NCBI GenBank assembly: GCA_964035545.1 | Contig: OZ037770.1 | Span: forward strand, 1,116,001-1,180,000 | From: Bugula neritina | Taxonomy: Eukaryota; Animalia; Bryozoa | Length of the DNA: 64,000 nt | Direction: 5' to 3' | Shown here: in pieces, positions 33,717 to 51,205 of the stretch | How positions within the stretch are numbered: position 1 is the first letter of the stretch | How the letters are laid out: every line of letters begins with the position of its first letter | Translations under genes and position numbers: made by a program | Notes under the pieces: generated by a model | Told to the model about the DNA's origin: nothing | The model's database searches: none | Seen by the model: the letters and a program-made list of their open reading frames with translations, nothing else

Positions 33717-35379
33717 ATGATGAAGTTGATGCAAAAGAGATCGACATTTAGGGTGGCTCTGCAGTTGGTGATTTTCTATTTTATTGGCACTACTATTTAT
33801 ATAAATCATGTAACCAGAACTGATCAAGTCTATTACAAATGTAAGATGCCTACAGTCTATACTAAAAAGGCTTCAGCTCTATTAGTATAGATCTCTTATT
33901 AGGTTTTCTAATCTGCATGAAGATTGATAACTGCAAAAAGGATAATATATGAATGAGTGAGTGAATGAGTGAGTGAATGAGTGAGTGATTGAGTGACTGA
34001 GTGATTGAATGAGTGAGTGAGTGAGTGAGTGAGTGAGTGAGTGAGTGAGTGAGTGAGTGAGTGAGTGAGTGGGTGACTGAGTGATGGATTAAGTGAGCAA
34101 ATGAGCTAGTGATCGGTGAATAAGTCAAGGAGTTAGTTATCACTTTTAGATAATTAAAGCTTTAACATTTTACTTTCATTTGTAAAAGTAGTTCATTCAC
34201 AACAATAACTTTTTAGCTTTTGGCACCTATTACAACACTAACATTACCTCCACTGCTATAAGCTTTTCCGGAGACCTACAAAACATAATAAATATAAAAG
34301 ATTGTGTTAACTGCCTTACAGGAAAAGTTCTTGTGACCGCTAGCAGAGGTAAGTTTGTGCAAGTTTCAGGCAAACTGCAAACAAGCAAGAAAAAAGCAAA
34401 GCATTTTTATAACAGCAGCAAGTTAATAAACACTTTTCTCAACAATATCATTTATTTTGCTAATAGAAACCGTTTTTAATTGTTAAATATATTTTGTTGT
34501 AAATTTTAAATATTTGAAGGGTGGATTTGCAGAAAAGTCAGGTTGGGTAATAAAATGTTTATGATGGCTTCTGCAATTGCTGCTGCTGTAAGATACAATG
34601 CTACGTTTGTAATGACTCGACAAGGGGATGATTGTGAGTGGATGGCATGGTTACAAGACCTGTTTATATCATTTAGTACAACACTTCCATTATTACCATT
34701 TTCTATGATGGAAAACTGGACCAGTGTTGAAGGAGGAGAGTATACAGCTTTCAGCCCAGTTGAAATCAGAGGAAATAATGCATCAATTGCAGGATACAGA
34801 CAGTCGTGGAAATATTTTCAAAGTGAGGCTGAACAAAAAGCGATCCGAGAAACATTTAAATTCACTTCAAAATATGAAACGAGTTCTTATAAAACCTTGG
34901 AGAAAGCTAGAGACCAGTTCAGCTGTATCGTTCATCCAACTTTTGTTGGTGTTCACGTAAGACTTGGTGACATGTTAGAGAAGGGAAACATAGAATACGG
35001 ATATCGTGCTGCCAATTTATCATTCTTTTCTTCTGCAATGAAAACTGTGACATCATATTTCAACAAATCAAGTTGTATCATATTCATTGTTGCTTCAGAC
35101 AGCTTTGGCCTAGCAAATCAAATGCTGAAGCCATTGGAAAGTAATTACAACATTTACTGGAGTACCGGAAGTTGGAGTGAAGATTTTGCAGCTCTCTCCA
35201 AATGTAACCACAGCATCATCAGTGGAGGTACTTTTGGGTTCTGGACAGCCTGGATGGCTGGCGGTAAAGTGTGGTATTTTTCAAAATTTGTTAAGCCTGA
35301 CACAACATTTGCGACAGATTTTATTACTGAGAATTTTTACCTACCTTGGTGGAAGCCAGTGGGCTGGCGCATTGATTGA
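33717..35379 (+). CDS. Alpha-1,2-fucosyltransferase-like protein (CAZy GT11, FUT1/FUT2 family), about 371 aa type II membrane protein
   Basis: Exons 33717-33840 (basic tail plus TM segment VALQLVIFYFIGTTIYI), 34217-34348 (stem) and 34520-35379 (catalytic) join in frame. GT11 motifs: RLGNKMF (cf. GRLGNQ), GYRQSWKYF, FVGVHVRLGD (cf. HVRRGD), FIVASD, DFAALSKCNHSIISGGTFGFWTAW. Confidence 0.9.
33951..34085. repeat. (GAGT)n microsatellite in a fucosyltransferase intron
   Basis: Directly visible. Confidence 0.9.
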
Positions 35380-37119
35380 ATTCTAATAATTACATTTGTA
35401 TTTGTTTCATTGCTTGAATTAGCAGGTACATAGATCAATTTATATAGTCGTACATTGATATATACTATAATGTCTAATTTTCTTATTAATAATATCAATA
35501 AATTCAAGGTTATGCTACTATAAACAGAGAAACCCAAATGTTTATTTCTAACTTATTGCCAAAAGCTTGCAAGTTAAAGTAATGTATGCCAGTTTAGTAT
35601 TTGCTTTTTATTACACATCTATCTATCCATCACATCTTTTTCCTAGTTAACTATCATACATTTAAAATGCCACAATAACATTTAAAAAGTGAAAATAAGT
35701 TTAACAATGATGCCAAAAGTATTCCCGCATTGCTTTTTGCAAAAAAAAGCCATAAACATTGTTAAGTCACACCACTATATCGGCATCAATTGATTGCTTT
35801 GTTTCCAAAAGCTTTGAAATAAATTAAGTCAAAATTGCAAATGCAATGACATCTGGCAAAAATAATTTGAGTGCATGAGGCAACAATTCATGTAAAAAAG
35901 GCACAATGAGTAAGTCAACTTCTTTAAATGCCAGTTTTACCTACTTTGCCATTTGTGCCATTATAACCTGTGCCATTTTTACCTGCTCCATTTTTATTAG
36001 TGCCATTTTTACCATGCCATGGACACCGCAGTAGATATATAGCTACTTATGATTTACTGGTCCACTACCATCATCTTTTACCGGCTGATTAGTTTTTAAA
36101 GAAACAAAAATTGATATGTTAAAATCAGTCAGTATAAATTAGCCAATTGACAAAACAGTCGAGTTCGCGTCAGAAGTGTCTAAATCTTGGATGAATGCGG
36201 TGTAGAAATGAAGGAGTGTTACGCAAAGTATTATTACAGTTTGTATATATATATTATAAATAACATCAAATAATCACAGCTTCCTTCTATCCTAACTGTG
36301 CAGTCAAAAGGCAAATTGCCATAAACAGTGTCACATATATACGAAAAACATTGTGGTATCTATGCATATGACATCACACCGTAAAGCTTAGAGATAATAA
36401 CACAAAGTTAACTGTATTATCTACAAAAAAGCTTTGCTATGCATTATTAATGTAAAGTCATCGGTTTATCTTCATGTACAGGATTTATTTTTTACTGTCT
36501 TAACATAAAAATTATGGAATGATATTTTTGTGTTATACTATATGTAAAAAATATGCATCACGATATATAATATTTTTACATTGCATTAATCTTTTCAGTA
36601 CCTTACTATTGAATTTTATCTCAACAACTTTACAATAAACACTCAAGTGGTTATTCTTCACAATAGCAGTTGTTTGTTAACATTATTTCTAATTACATTA
36701 GATCTAATCATTATATAATTAAACTAAAACTATCCCTTGATTCTTTACTAATTAGTATAATTATACCCTTTCCTGTTTGTCTTTGCGCTAATGTTTAGCA
36801 ACTCTAAATAGCAAAAGTGCAGCTTTTTATTTCGTTTCCCGCTTGATATAATCTTTATTTTGATGATTGTGCATGTTATTGTGCTTTATTAGAAGAACTG
36901 ACAATGTTGAACTAGATAATTTAAAATCTCTCTGAGAATAGGAAATACTATAGTGCATGTTTTATCTTTATCCATTTGTTTGATTATGTAATTATGCATC
37001 TACTATTTAACTAGACATCGTTATATATTTATAAGAGTCAAATAAATTTGCATTATAATATATTACGCTAGAAGCAGCCAGCTTGGCTCACACCTGCAAG
37101 CACCTGTCAAGACACCAAA

Positions 37120-39137
<2,018 letters not shown>

Positions 39138-41664
39138 CATCTCAATTAGTATATTCTACATCTGTAGACTGTGGTTCTTGTCTTTTATTCTAAGCTAATA
39201 ATTCTGTATTCTTGCTTTTTACAATTAAACTCAAAATTAAAAATTACACATTGTCAAACTTTATATTATCATTTTAAAATTGATGTTTATAAATATATAT
39301 TTTTAAAATTTTAAAGTCATAAAACTAATTTTATGTTTTAAATGGTTATGGTTTCCACTGCAAAATAAATTGTATGTAAAAAGTTATTAAAGTGCTATTT
39401 GATATAAAAACGTGGCAGATGTTCCTTGCCATAGTTTCAATATATCTAGCTGTATGTAACAAGTTACTAAAGGATTATTTGACATAGAAATTTAACATAT
39501 GTGTGTTCCTTGTCCTATATAAGCTTTAATATATAACCATATTGAAAAGTGAAACGCAATGAAAAAACAATCATAATATTGCTCTTAGTTCTATTTAAAA
39601 ATATGTTTATGAATAATATTATAACAGCAACTAATAATTTGCTGTTTATATTTAAAAATCTTTCAGTTCAACTATTAACACTACAAATTTTTAAACAAAA
39701 TTTAATCTAGAATAACATGCTGAACAATGTGCATATTTCAAAATCTTTTAAATAAAGATCAAACTTTGAAATAAAACTGATTTACGGCTACTTTTATGTA
39801 TTGCAATTTTGTGCCATCAACAAAAATTAAATTGCAAAGTTAAGACACTAATAATAGTTACATAAACATGAAAACATTAACATATATAATCTACAAATTA
39901 TAAGTTATATTGTACTTTAGTAAAAGCTAAGAAATGATAATAATTTCTTATTTAAAAAACAAAACTTATGAAAATTCCATAAACCTATAAAATGAATTTA
40001 ATATAAAAAGCTGTTAAAACTTGCAACGACCAGTCACAATCTACAAACATTATCTGAGGTAGCATTGATTGGTTGAATTCAATTGTCGGATTAATTCTAC
40101 TCGCTATATAGTCTGATCAAGATTTCTTTTACCTAGTCTTGGCTCTATCTTCACCGCAACAACGCTATTCAGGGTCGTCAACTCAACGCAAAGAATACTG
40201 TTCAATAGCTTCAATAACATCTTTATTACACCAGAAACACGTTGCCAGAGATTGAGTGTCGGCTCCTGCCATTTCCAGCTCATTTAGCATCTGCATGAAT
40301 ATCCAATTAGCTGCTCATTAAAGTTTTAGACATTTGAGTCATAATGCATGATACCTTTAAGATTGAGTTGTATTGAACTTCAATAATATATATATATATA
40401 CTCCCACAGAGAAGGAAATGTGTGGACGTGTAGTAATAGATACATTTAGAAGGCTATACCTATGATGGATTGAAAAAGGTTTAGATCTACTCTAGCTTGC
40501 AATCATTATCATCATCTTTCACCAGCTGATTGGTTTTTAAAGAAACAAAAATGATATGTTAAAATCAGTCAGTATAACTTAGCCAATTGACAAAACAGTC
40601 GAGTTTGCGTCAGAAATGTCCAAACCATGAACGCATACAGTGTAGGAAGAAAGGAGTGTTATGCAAAGTGTTATTACATACAGCTCAAATTAAATAACAC
40701 AACATCAAATTATCACAGCTTCCTTCTAACCTTATTGTGCAGTCAAAAGGCAAATTGCCATAAACAGTGTCACATATATACGAAAAACATTGTGGTATTT
40801 ATGCATGACATCATGCCGTAAAGCTTAAAGATAATAACAAAATGTTAACTATACTATCTACAAAAAAGCTTACCCATGCATTATGAATGATTTACCTTCA
40901 TGTACATAATTTTCTTTTTACTGACTTAACATGAAAATTATGGTGTGATATTTCTTGTGTCATACAATATATGTAAAAACATGCATCACGATATATGTTA
41001 TTTTTACATTGCATTATTTTTTGAAAAGCTTACTATATTGAATTTCATTTGAACAACTTTACAATAAACACTCAAGTTGCTATTCTTTACAATAGCAGTT
41101 GTTTGTTAACATTATTTCTAATTACATTAGATCTAATCAATTTCTAATTACATTAGATCTAATCATTATAATTTCCTCATCTTACAATTACAATTATTTC
41201 ATTTTCACGAGTGTTTCAATAAAACACAATTTATGGCGTTTGTTTTATTAATAATATTGTATTTCAAGCATCAGCTATCCTTTAATTTTATACTGAGTAG
41301 CTGCACCAACACTCTTTCTTGTTTATCTCTGTAATAATGTTGCTACTGTTTAGCTTAACTCTAAATAGTGAAACTGCAGCTTTTTATTCTGCTTCCTGTG
41401 TGATTTAATCTTTATTTTGATGACAGTGCATGTAATTGTACCTTGGAAAAACAGTAGTTGACAATGCTGAACTAGATAATGAAATCTCTCTGCATGAGAA
41501 TAGGAAATACTATAGTGCATGTTTTATCTTTATCTATTTTGTTTGATTATGTAATTATAATGCACATCTACTATTTAATAAGACATCATTATAGATTCAT
41601 AATACGCTAGAGGCAGCCAGCCAGCACGGCTAACACCTGCAAGTACCTGCTATAAGACACTAAA

Positions 41665-43479
41665 ATGTTTTACTACCCGATGATGGGGATAGCATTTCTT
41701 GTAGCAATTGCACTACAGGCTAGAAAGTGGCGTTTTCCAGGTAAAGCTTTTTCTTATCATAAGACAGTTATATATTATAAAATAAATTATTATAGGATAT
41801 ATATTTTTATTATAAACAAATGTTTTGTCCTAAAAAATTTAACCACTTGCAATAACTGTTTTAATAGATGGCAATGAGACAGCTCTTGGAGTGAGGAGTT
41901 TAGAAGAAGAATTTAAAATGAAAAATCATACTTTAGTGAATATGCTGCAAAGAAGCAGGTGAGTTCAGTTGATTAGAATAATATTGCTTTCTTTTCAAAA
42001 AGTTCTTGAAAAAGGTATTTTAATAATTTGTATAGAATCAAGATGCCAAAATTTTAACATATTTTTCTTATCAATTCTTATAGCTATGCACTGTTATGTT
42101 TTTGTTCAGTTGAAAGTAAAATAAATTTATGAATTTAAAAAAAGCATTAGTTTTTAATAAATCCATTTTGCAGTTGTAACAGATTTTTGTTATATTTTCA
42201 CATGTAACTTAAAAAAGTTCTTCTTTTTTGAACAGAAAATTAAATTTTATATGTAAAGTAATTTGAATTTTAAAGCTATGCTCGGTGTAGACTTGAGTAT
42301 TTCTATAATTCATTAAAACAAAAATTTAGTAAAATGTTAACTATATATATATATCTCTCTAATATAAAATCCCAGGTCTACTTCAAAGCAATCTTTTAAA
42401 CTTATAGACAAATAAATAACAAAAATGATCTTTATTTTTCATAGAGAGAAGTATTTTGAAAATGAAATAAAGAAAAGAAGATCTGGTAGAAAATGCAGGA
42501 GTGCAGGTAAACTAAAGTGTAAAACTAAACAAAAATTGGCTCACAAAAAATATATTGTATTACATATATATTGTATTAAATATATTGTATTAAATATATT
42601 TTATCAAATATTTTCTATTAGATACATTCTATTAAGTATATTCTATTAAAATATATATTCTATTAAATATATTTTATTAAATAATGAACACGAAGTATGA
42701 AAAACTAACTTGCAATTTGCAAATTTGTTTCAACACATTTACATTGCAATATCATGCAACTCAAATATCAGATGAATGCAATTTTAAAATATTTATAACT
42801 TATAATGACTTAAATTTATAATAAGACATGCTTTGTATTTTAAATATAAAATATGGTAATAGCTTCACTACTTTAATTATTTGCATGCATCTGGTTATAA
42901 AATATCTTATAAGAAGTTGACTTTCAACTCTACAGGATAAGCTGTAATTCTTATTGGGGAAACATTTTATACCTATCACAGATTTCTCTACAAATTAAAT
43001 TTTGAAATAAAACTAATATAAATATAAATTGGACTCCATCCACTATACCACAGTATAAATCATAAAATGTTAGTGTAATTCATTCTTTTAATAACTTGAC
43101 CAGTATTTGCTAGATTATTTAGTGTTTTTTATAGTTGTTGACGAAATATTTACTTTTTGTGAATTTAATTTTGTGTTGCTGAACACTGCGTTATGCTATA
43201 AAGTCTATATTTACATTGAATTACAACTGCCTCTATTAGTTTTACTCTATGTTTATTTTTCATCTTTATATGCAACAATCCTGGTTTACATCAATTGGAA
43301 TAGTGTATAATTATACACACACACACACGCACACGCGCGCGCGCACACACATATATATAATATTGTCTAGTCTTTCTCATTCAGGAAGCAGATGTACGTC
43401 TACAAAGTTATGTTGTGATGAAACAAGATGCCACTGCAGAGGACCTTTTAAGAGCACCTGCTACTGCAGCACTTACTAA
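41665..43479 (+). CDS. Knottin precursor I, 107 aa, 8-Cys agatoxin-like ICK
   Basis: Exons 41665-41740, 41868-41958, 42445-42506 and 43385-43479: MFYYPMMGIAFLVAIALQARKWRFPDGNETALGVRSLEEEFKMKNHTLVNMLQRSREKYFENEIKKRR|[39 protein letters not shown]. Confidence 0.92.
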
Positions 43480-44450
43480 CATCTCAATTAGTATATTCTA
43501 CATCTGTAGACTGTGGTTCTTGTCTTTTTTTCTAAGGATAATAATTATTTATTCTTGTTTTTCACCATTAAACTCAAAATTAAAAAATATGCTTTGTTAA
43601 ACTTTATATAGTTAAAAATTTTCAGTTTTAAATATTATGTACTTTCGGAATTTCGAAGTCATAAAAATTAATATTATGTTTTAAATGGTTTATATGGTTT
43701 TTACTACAAAATAAATTGTATGTAAAAAGTTGCTAAAGTTTTATTTATTTCAAAAATTTAGCGTGTGTTCTTTGCAATAGCCCTAATATATATATATATA
43801 TATATAACTATAAAATGCAAAGAAAAATAATAATAATATTGCTCTTAGCTCTATTTAGAAATCTGTTTGTGAATAATAATAATAACAGCAACTAATAATT
43901 TGCTGTTTGTATCTAAAAATCTTCCACTTCAACTATTAACACTACAAGTTTTGTAAACAAAATTAAATCCAAAAATATATTCTGAACATTTTGCATACTT
44001 CAAAATTTTATAAATAAAACTGGTTCATGGCCACTCTTATGTATTGCAATTCTGTACCATCAACAAAAATTAAATTGCAAAGTTAAGATACTAATAATAG
44101 TTACATAAACATAAAAACATTAACATATATAATTTACAAATTATAAGTTATATAGTAAAGGCTAAGAAATATTATTAATTTCTTATTTAAAAACCAAAAT
44201 TTAGGAAAGTTCCATAAAACTTGAATGAATTTAATATAAAAAGCTGTCAAAATTTGCAACAACTAGTCACAATCTACAAACATTATCTGACTTACTATTG
44301 ATTGGTTGAATTCAATTGTCAGATTAATTCAACCCGATAGTCTGGTCAAGATTCCCTTGACCTAGTCTAGGCTCTATATACATCTTCACCACAGCTGCCC
44401 TTTTCAGCTAGGCTGTCAACTCAACGCAAAGAATACTGTTCAATAGCTAC

Positions 44451-44755
44451 ACCCCCTGTTCACCGTATATTGCCAAATGTAATGTAAAATATCAACCATC
44501 TTTGATGTGTTTGGCTGAAGTTTACAAAGTCCGCTATTAGGTAAGATATAACACACTTCATTGAACAGCTTTATCCAATGAGCTGACGCAAAAGTTCTTC
44601 TGTCTAATAGAAATCCATCGCAACTAGTTTGAATTAAGCGGTGCTTGATCCTAATTTAACGTACCGTAGCACCGTACAGAAAGCTCCAACATTTGTAAAA
44701 ATGGCTGCTATTTTGCGTTACGGTGTACGATACGGCAATGTGTGAACAGGGGGGT
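44451..44755. mobile_element. MITE inserted in duplication unit I
   Basis: ACCCCCTGTTCAC..ATTGCC / GGCAAT..GTGAACAGGGGGGT inverted termini. The paralogous site near 40210 is empty. Confidence 0.65.
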
Positions 44756-44928
44756 TAATGATATTTTACTACACCATAAACACATTGCCATGCAGAGATA
44801 AAGTGTCGGTTTCCACTATTTCCAGTTCAGTTAGCATCTGAATATCTGATTAGTTGCTCATTGGATTTTCAAACATTTAACTCATAATGCACGATACCTT
44901 TAAGATTGAGCTGCATTGAACTTCGATA

Positions 44929-47515
44929 CACAGTTGGTTTAAGGTCATGCTTTTCAGTTTCTGGCTCTTTGCCAGGTGCTTTATGTTCTATATGAACAAT
45001 GTTCCACTGATAGCTCGAACAGGTTGAATGTCACAAGAACAAAAAAAATATGAAAAGATAAAGAAACTTATGTTCTCCAATATACTTTTTTATTTTTTTC
45101 AAAAGCCAATTCATGTTTAAGTTATAGCTTGTTGAAAAACATAGTCCCCCTTCCACATTTTTTTTAATTTATACGCTCCTGACTTGTTATTGCGTCTCAA
45201 TATGCCTTGTATTTGAGTGCTCATTAGTCTCGCTTCACCAACTTTGCCTATACTTCACAAGTGCCAGTGCTGCTGGCTCAAAAGCTAAATGTTATAAAAT
45301 ATAAACTGTCAGCTAAAACCCAATCTTGTATTCCTAGGTTGGTTGGCCTAAATAAAACAATAGCCAAATCATGATTTCATGTTTTAAAAATTTACTCTAT
45401 TCTAACCTGCTGCCTAGCATAGTTCTATTTTTGATGTATAATTACAGAATTTGTGAAACATTTTTTTGGCAACCATCCTAGTTATAAAATGCAGTAATGG
45501 TACTTATAATATTATATTATTATCATTATAATATATTATATAGTATTATGTGTGTTTTTATTATACTGCATAATATATATTTTATTATTGTTGTTGTGCA
45601 AACAAGTGCAATTAACCTAGTTTTCAAAATTTACCTCTAAATTATCAGAATATCAGTTTAGATATTTTCATGCTTTGTTAAGTAAACCTAAAAAAAGAGG
45701 CTGTATTCCCAAAGTAAAGGGTGTTGAACTATGAACTATATTAGATTAGCCACTCTGCTACCAAGTGCATCAGTATAATATTATATGAATAGCTCTGATG
45801 CTTTGTCTCCGGTGGCTGGCTGCGATATGATAACTTGGCCAACTTCCAAGAGTTTAAAATTGGCGCAATTATTCAAGAGGTTACATACTGCACAGAGCTA
45901 GCAGTGATAGTAACCTTGCTATTGGCAGTACTTATTACAACTGCCAGCATATAAGCTGCATTGTAGAATGCCGTTGGGGTAGGCTAGTAAAATTAAATTC
46001 TGCTCTCTAATATACCTTAGACACAATGCAGCAACATAATTTTTAGTTTCAAATTACATTTGCCACCCTTACATGAGCTGTGGGCTTCATAAAGATTCAT
46101 ATGATTAGAGATTTATGCTATAGGCCCTACCTGTGCTAGTGTATGATGAAAATAACACACCATTGTCAAAGTTAACTTCAAGTATGTTGTTTTCCAGAAA
46201 CTCAGTATTGTCGATTTATCTCTCGCATACAAATACTTATGTAATAGCATACAGTTTAAGTTTTATTTTAGAGCACATCTGCAAACTCTACAATAAGAAC
46301 TTGCTTTACCAGTCTATTTCAGACCTGTTTTTGTAGCTAGTAATACGCAAGCTACTTATTTTTAAACTTTTGGGTTATTTGTTCAAAACCATTAGCTTTG
46401 CTAGTAACCAGGGGCTATTGCAACAGTTCACTGCTAATCAACATGAATTGACAGCCTAATAATTATAACCCATTTGCGAGCGAAATATTTATGTATTGAT
46501 AGTTACTCATATAGTTGGCAATTTATTAACGATGACTGAGTGGTTCAGAGGTTAAGGGCATCGGCGATGAGTTGGTTGGTCATGGTTTAATCCTAGTATG
46601 TTGCAATTTTTTTTTGTCAACTTATGCAAATCCTACGCATGTATAATAAATATGGCTATAATTGTAAAGTTTTTTTTAACTCTTGTTCAACAGTAAGACA
46701 ACATACATGCATAATAATTAGATACTGAACCCTGGGCTAAACCTTAAATTGATCTTATAGAATACAATGTACTTAAAATAATCATATGTGAATTAGAGAA
46801 ACTGGAAGTACACCTGATGCACTATAGACAGACCTTTACTGACAAGACTGCAAAGTGAAGTGATTTAGCTGAAATTAACTCTGCAAAACAAACAAAGAAT
46901 TATGTTGTGCTGAGGCATTGTCAATAGATTGTAACATAGTGAGATGATTCAGCTAAGTGCTAATGTAAAACAGGGAACATTATATTGGCAGAAATCCAAT
47001 AGATTGCCAATTTGTGCGAGAGGGTACTATATTATGTTATTGTGATAGCGCGCAGAGCGGCAAACGTACTAGGAATGTTATAATTAGTCACAGGAGCGTA
47101 GCTAGAACCACCATATGAAGAATTTAGAAAATTGCAGTGAAACTTGCAAAATGGTGTATGTTTTTACCAAATTGTGAAGAGCATAAACAGAATTTCAAAA
47201 AACAAAGAAAGTATATTAGAGAAAACATATCAAGGAATGTCAAGTTTAACTTTTAGACTTTATAAAATGAATCCCCTGTGCTACAGCAGTGGAACATGGA
47301 GGGTGTAAAATTTTACTTATTATGCAACAACTTTCTCAGAAAATTTTTTATTGAAAAATTAAAAAAGTATATGAAAAAGGAATGCAAGAGCTATCTTTTC
47401 ATGTAAAATTTATTAATGTGAGACAAAAACTGTTCGAGCTATCCCCTGGAAACCGTTTATATATAACATAAAGCAGTGCCTGAATCTGGAAAGTAATGAC
47501 CTTAAACTAACTGTG
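44929..47515. mobile_element. 2.6-kb non-autonomous DNA transposon with about 90-bp imperfect TIRs
   Basis: CACAGTTGGTTTAAGGTCAT...GATAGCTCGAACAG is mirrored by CTGTTCGAGCTATC...ATGACCTTAAACTAACTGTG. The empty site in the paralogous unit (about 40383-40400) is a TA run. Confidence 0.75.
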
Positions 47516-48803
47516 AGTGTATATATACTCCCACAGAGAAGGAGAAATGTGTGAACGTGTAGTAATAGATACATACAGAAGGCTACCTATGATGGATTGA
47601 AAAAGGTTTAGATCTACTATAATTTGCGATCACTAACATCATCCTTCAGCACCAGCTGATTGGTTTTTAAAGAAACAAAACTTGATAGGTTAAAATCAGT
47701 CAGTATAACTTAGCCAATTGACAAAACAGTCGAGTTTGCATCGGAAGCGTACAAATCTTGGACGCAGTCAGTGTAGAAATGAATAGTGCATATGCAAAGT
47801 GTTATTACATATACAGCTCAAATTAAATACCGCAATATCAAATAATCACAGCTTCCTTCTATCCTAACCGTGCAGTCAAAAGGCAAATTGCCATAAACAG
47901 TGTCACATATATACAAAAAACATTGTGGTAGCCATGCATGACATCATGCAGTAAAGCTTAGAGATAATAACACAAAGTTAACTATTATTTACAAAAAAGC
48001 TTTGCTATGCATTATCATTGGTTTATCTTTATATGTACAGGATTTCTTTTTTACTGACTTAACATAAAAACTTTGGTGTGATATTTTTTGCGTACTATAT
48101 TTGAAAAACATGCATCGCAAAATATAATATTTTTACATTTCATCAATCTTTTCAGAAGCTTACCATTGAATTTGAACAACAATAACACTAATAAACATTC
48201 AAGTTGTTATTCTTTACAATAGCAGTTGTTTGTTAACATTATTTCTGATTACATTAGATCTAATCATTATAATTTCCTCGCTTTATAATCACAATTATTT
48301 CATTTTCACGAGTGCTTCAATAAAACACAATTTATGGTGTTTGTTTTATAAATAATAATGACAGAAGAAAGGTGAGAAAATTTCAAACAAGAGCTTTTCC
48401 TTGATTGTTTACTGAGTAGCTGCACTAACACTCTTTCCTGTTTATCTTTGTGCTATAACTGTGTGACAACTTTAAATAATGAAACTGCAGCTTTTTATTT
48501 GATTCCCTGTTTGATTCAATTTTATTTTGAGAACAGTGCATGTAATTGTACCTTGAAAGAACAGTAGTTAACAATACTAAATAAAATAACTAAATAATGA
48601 CACCTCTCTAAAAATATGAAGTGCATGTATATAATATCTTCATCCATTTTGTTTGATTACGTAATTATAATGCATATCTACTATTTATTAAAACAAATGG
48701 GACTTATATATAAGAGCCATATGAATTTGCATAATAATATATTACACTATATACGTAGCAGCCAGCGTGGCTCACACCTGCAAGTACCTGCTAAGACACC
48801 AAA

Positions 48804-50782
<1,979 letters not shown>

Positions 50783-51205
50783 CATCTCAATTAGTATATT
50801 CTACATCGGTAGACTGTGGTTCTTGTCTTTTATTCTAAGCTAATAATTCTGTATTTTTGCTTTTCACAATTAAACTCAAAATTAAAAAGGATACATAGTC
50901 AAACTTTTTATATTATCATTTTAAAATTGTCATTTTTAAATATATATTTTTAAAAATTTAACGTAATAAAAATTAATTTTATGTTTTAAACGGTTATGGT
51001 TTCTACTGCAAAATAAATTGTAAGTAAAAAAAAGTTACTAAAGTATAATTTAATATAAAAATTTAGTTCTTTGCCATAGCCATAACATATAGCTATATTG
51101 AAGAGTAAAATGCAATGAGAAAAACAATCATAATAATGCTCTTAGTCTGCCAACTACCTGTTTAGTCTGTCAACCATGCACCTGTTTAGTCTGTTAACTA
51201 CCTGT

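Noticed and set aside
35880-36030. GTGCCATTTTTACC-type repeats resembling a DNA transposon end at the FUT/unit-H junction
   Set aside because: Only one end is visible, so it cannot be delimited or tied to mobilisation of the FUT gene.
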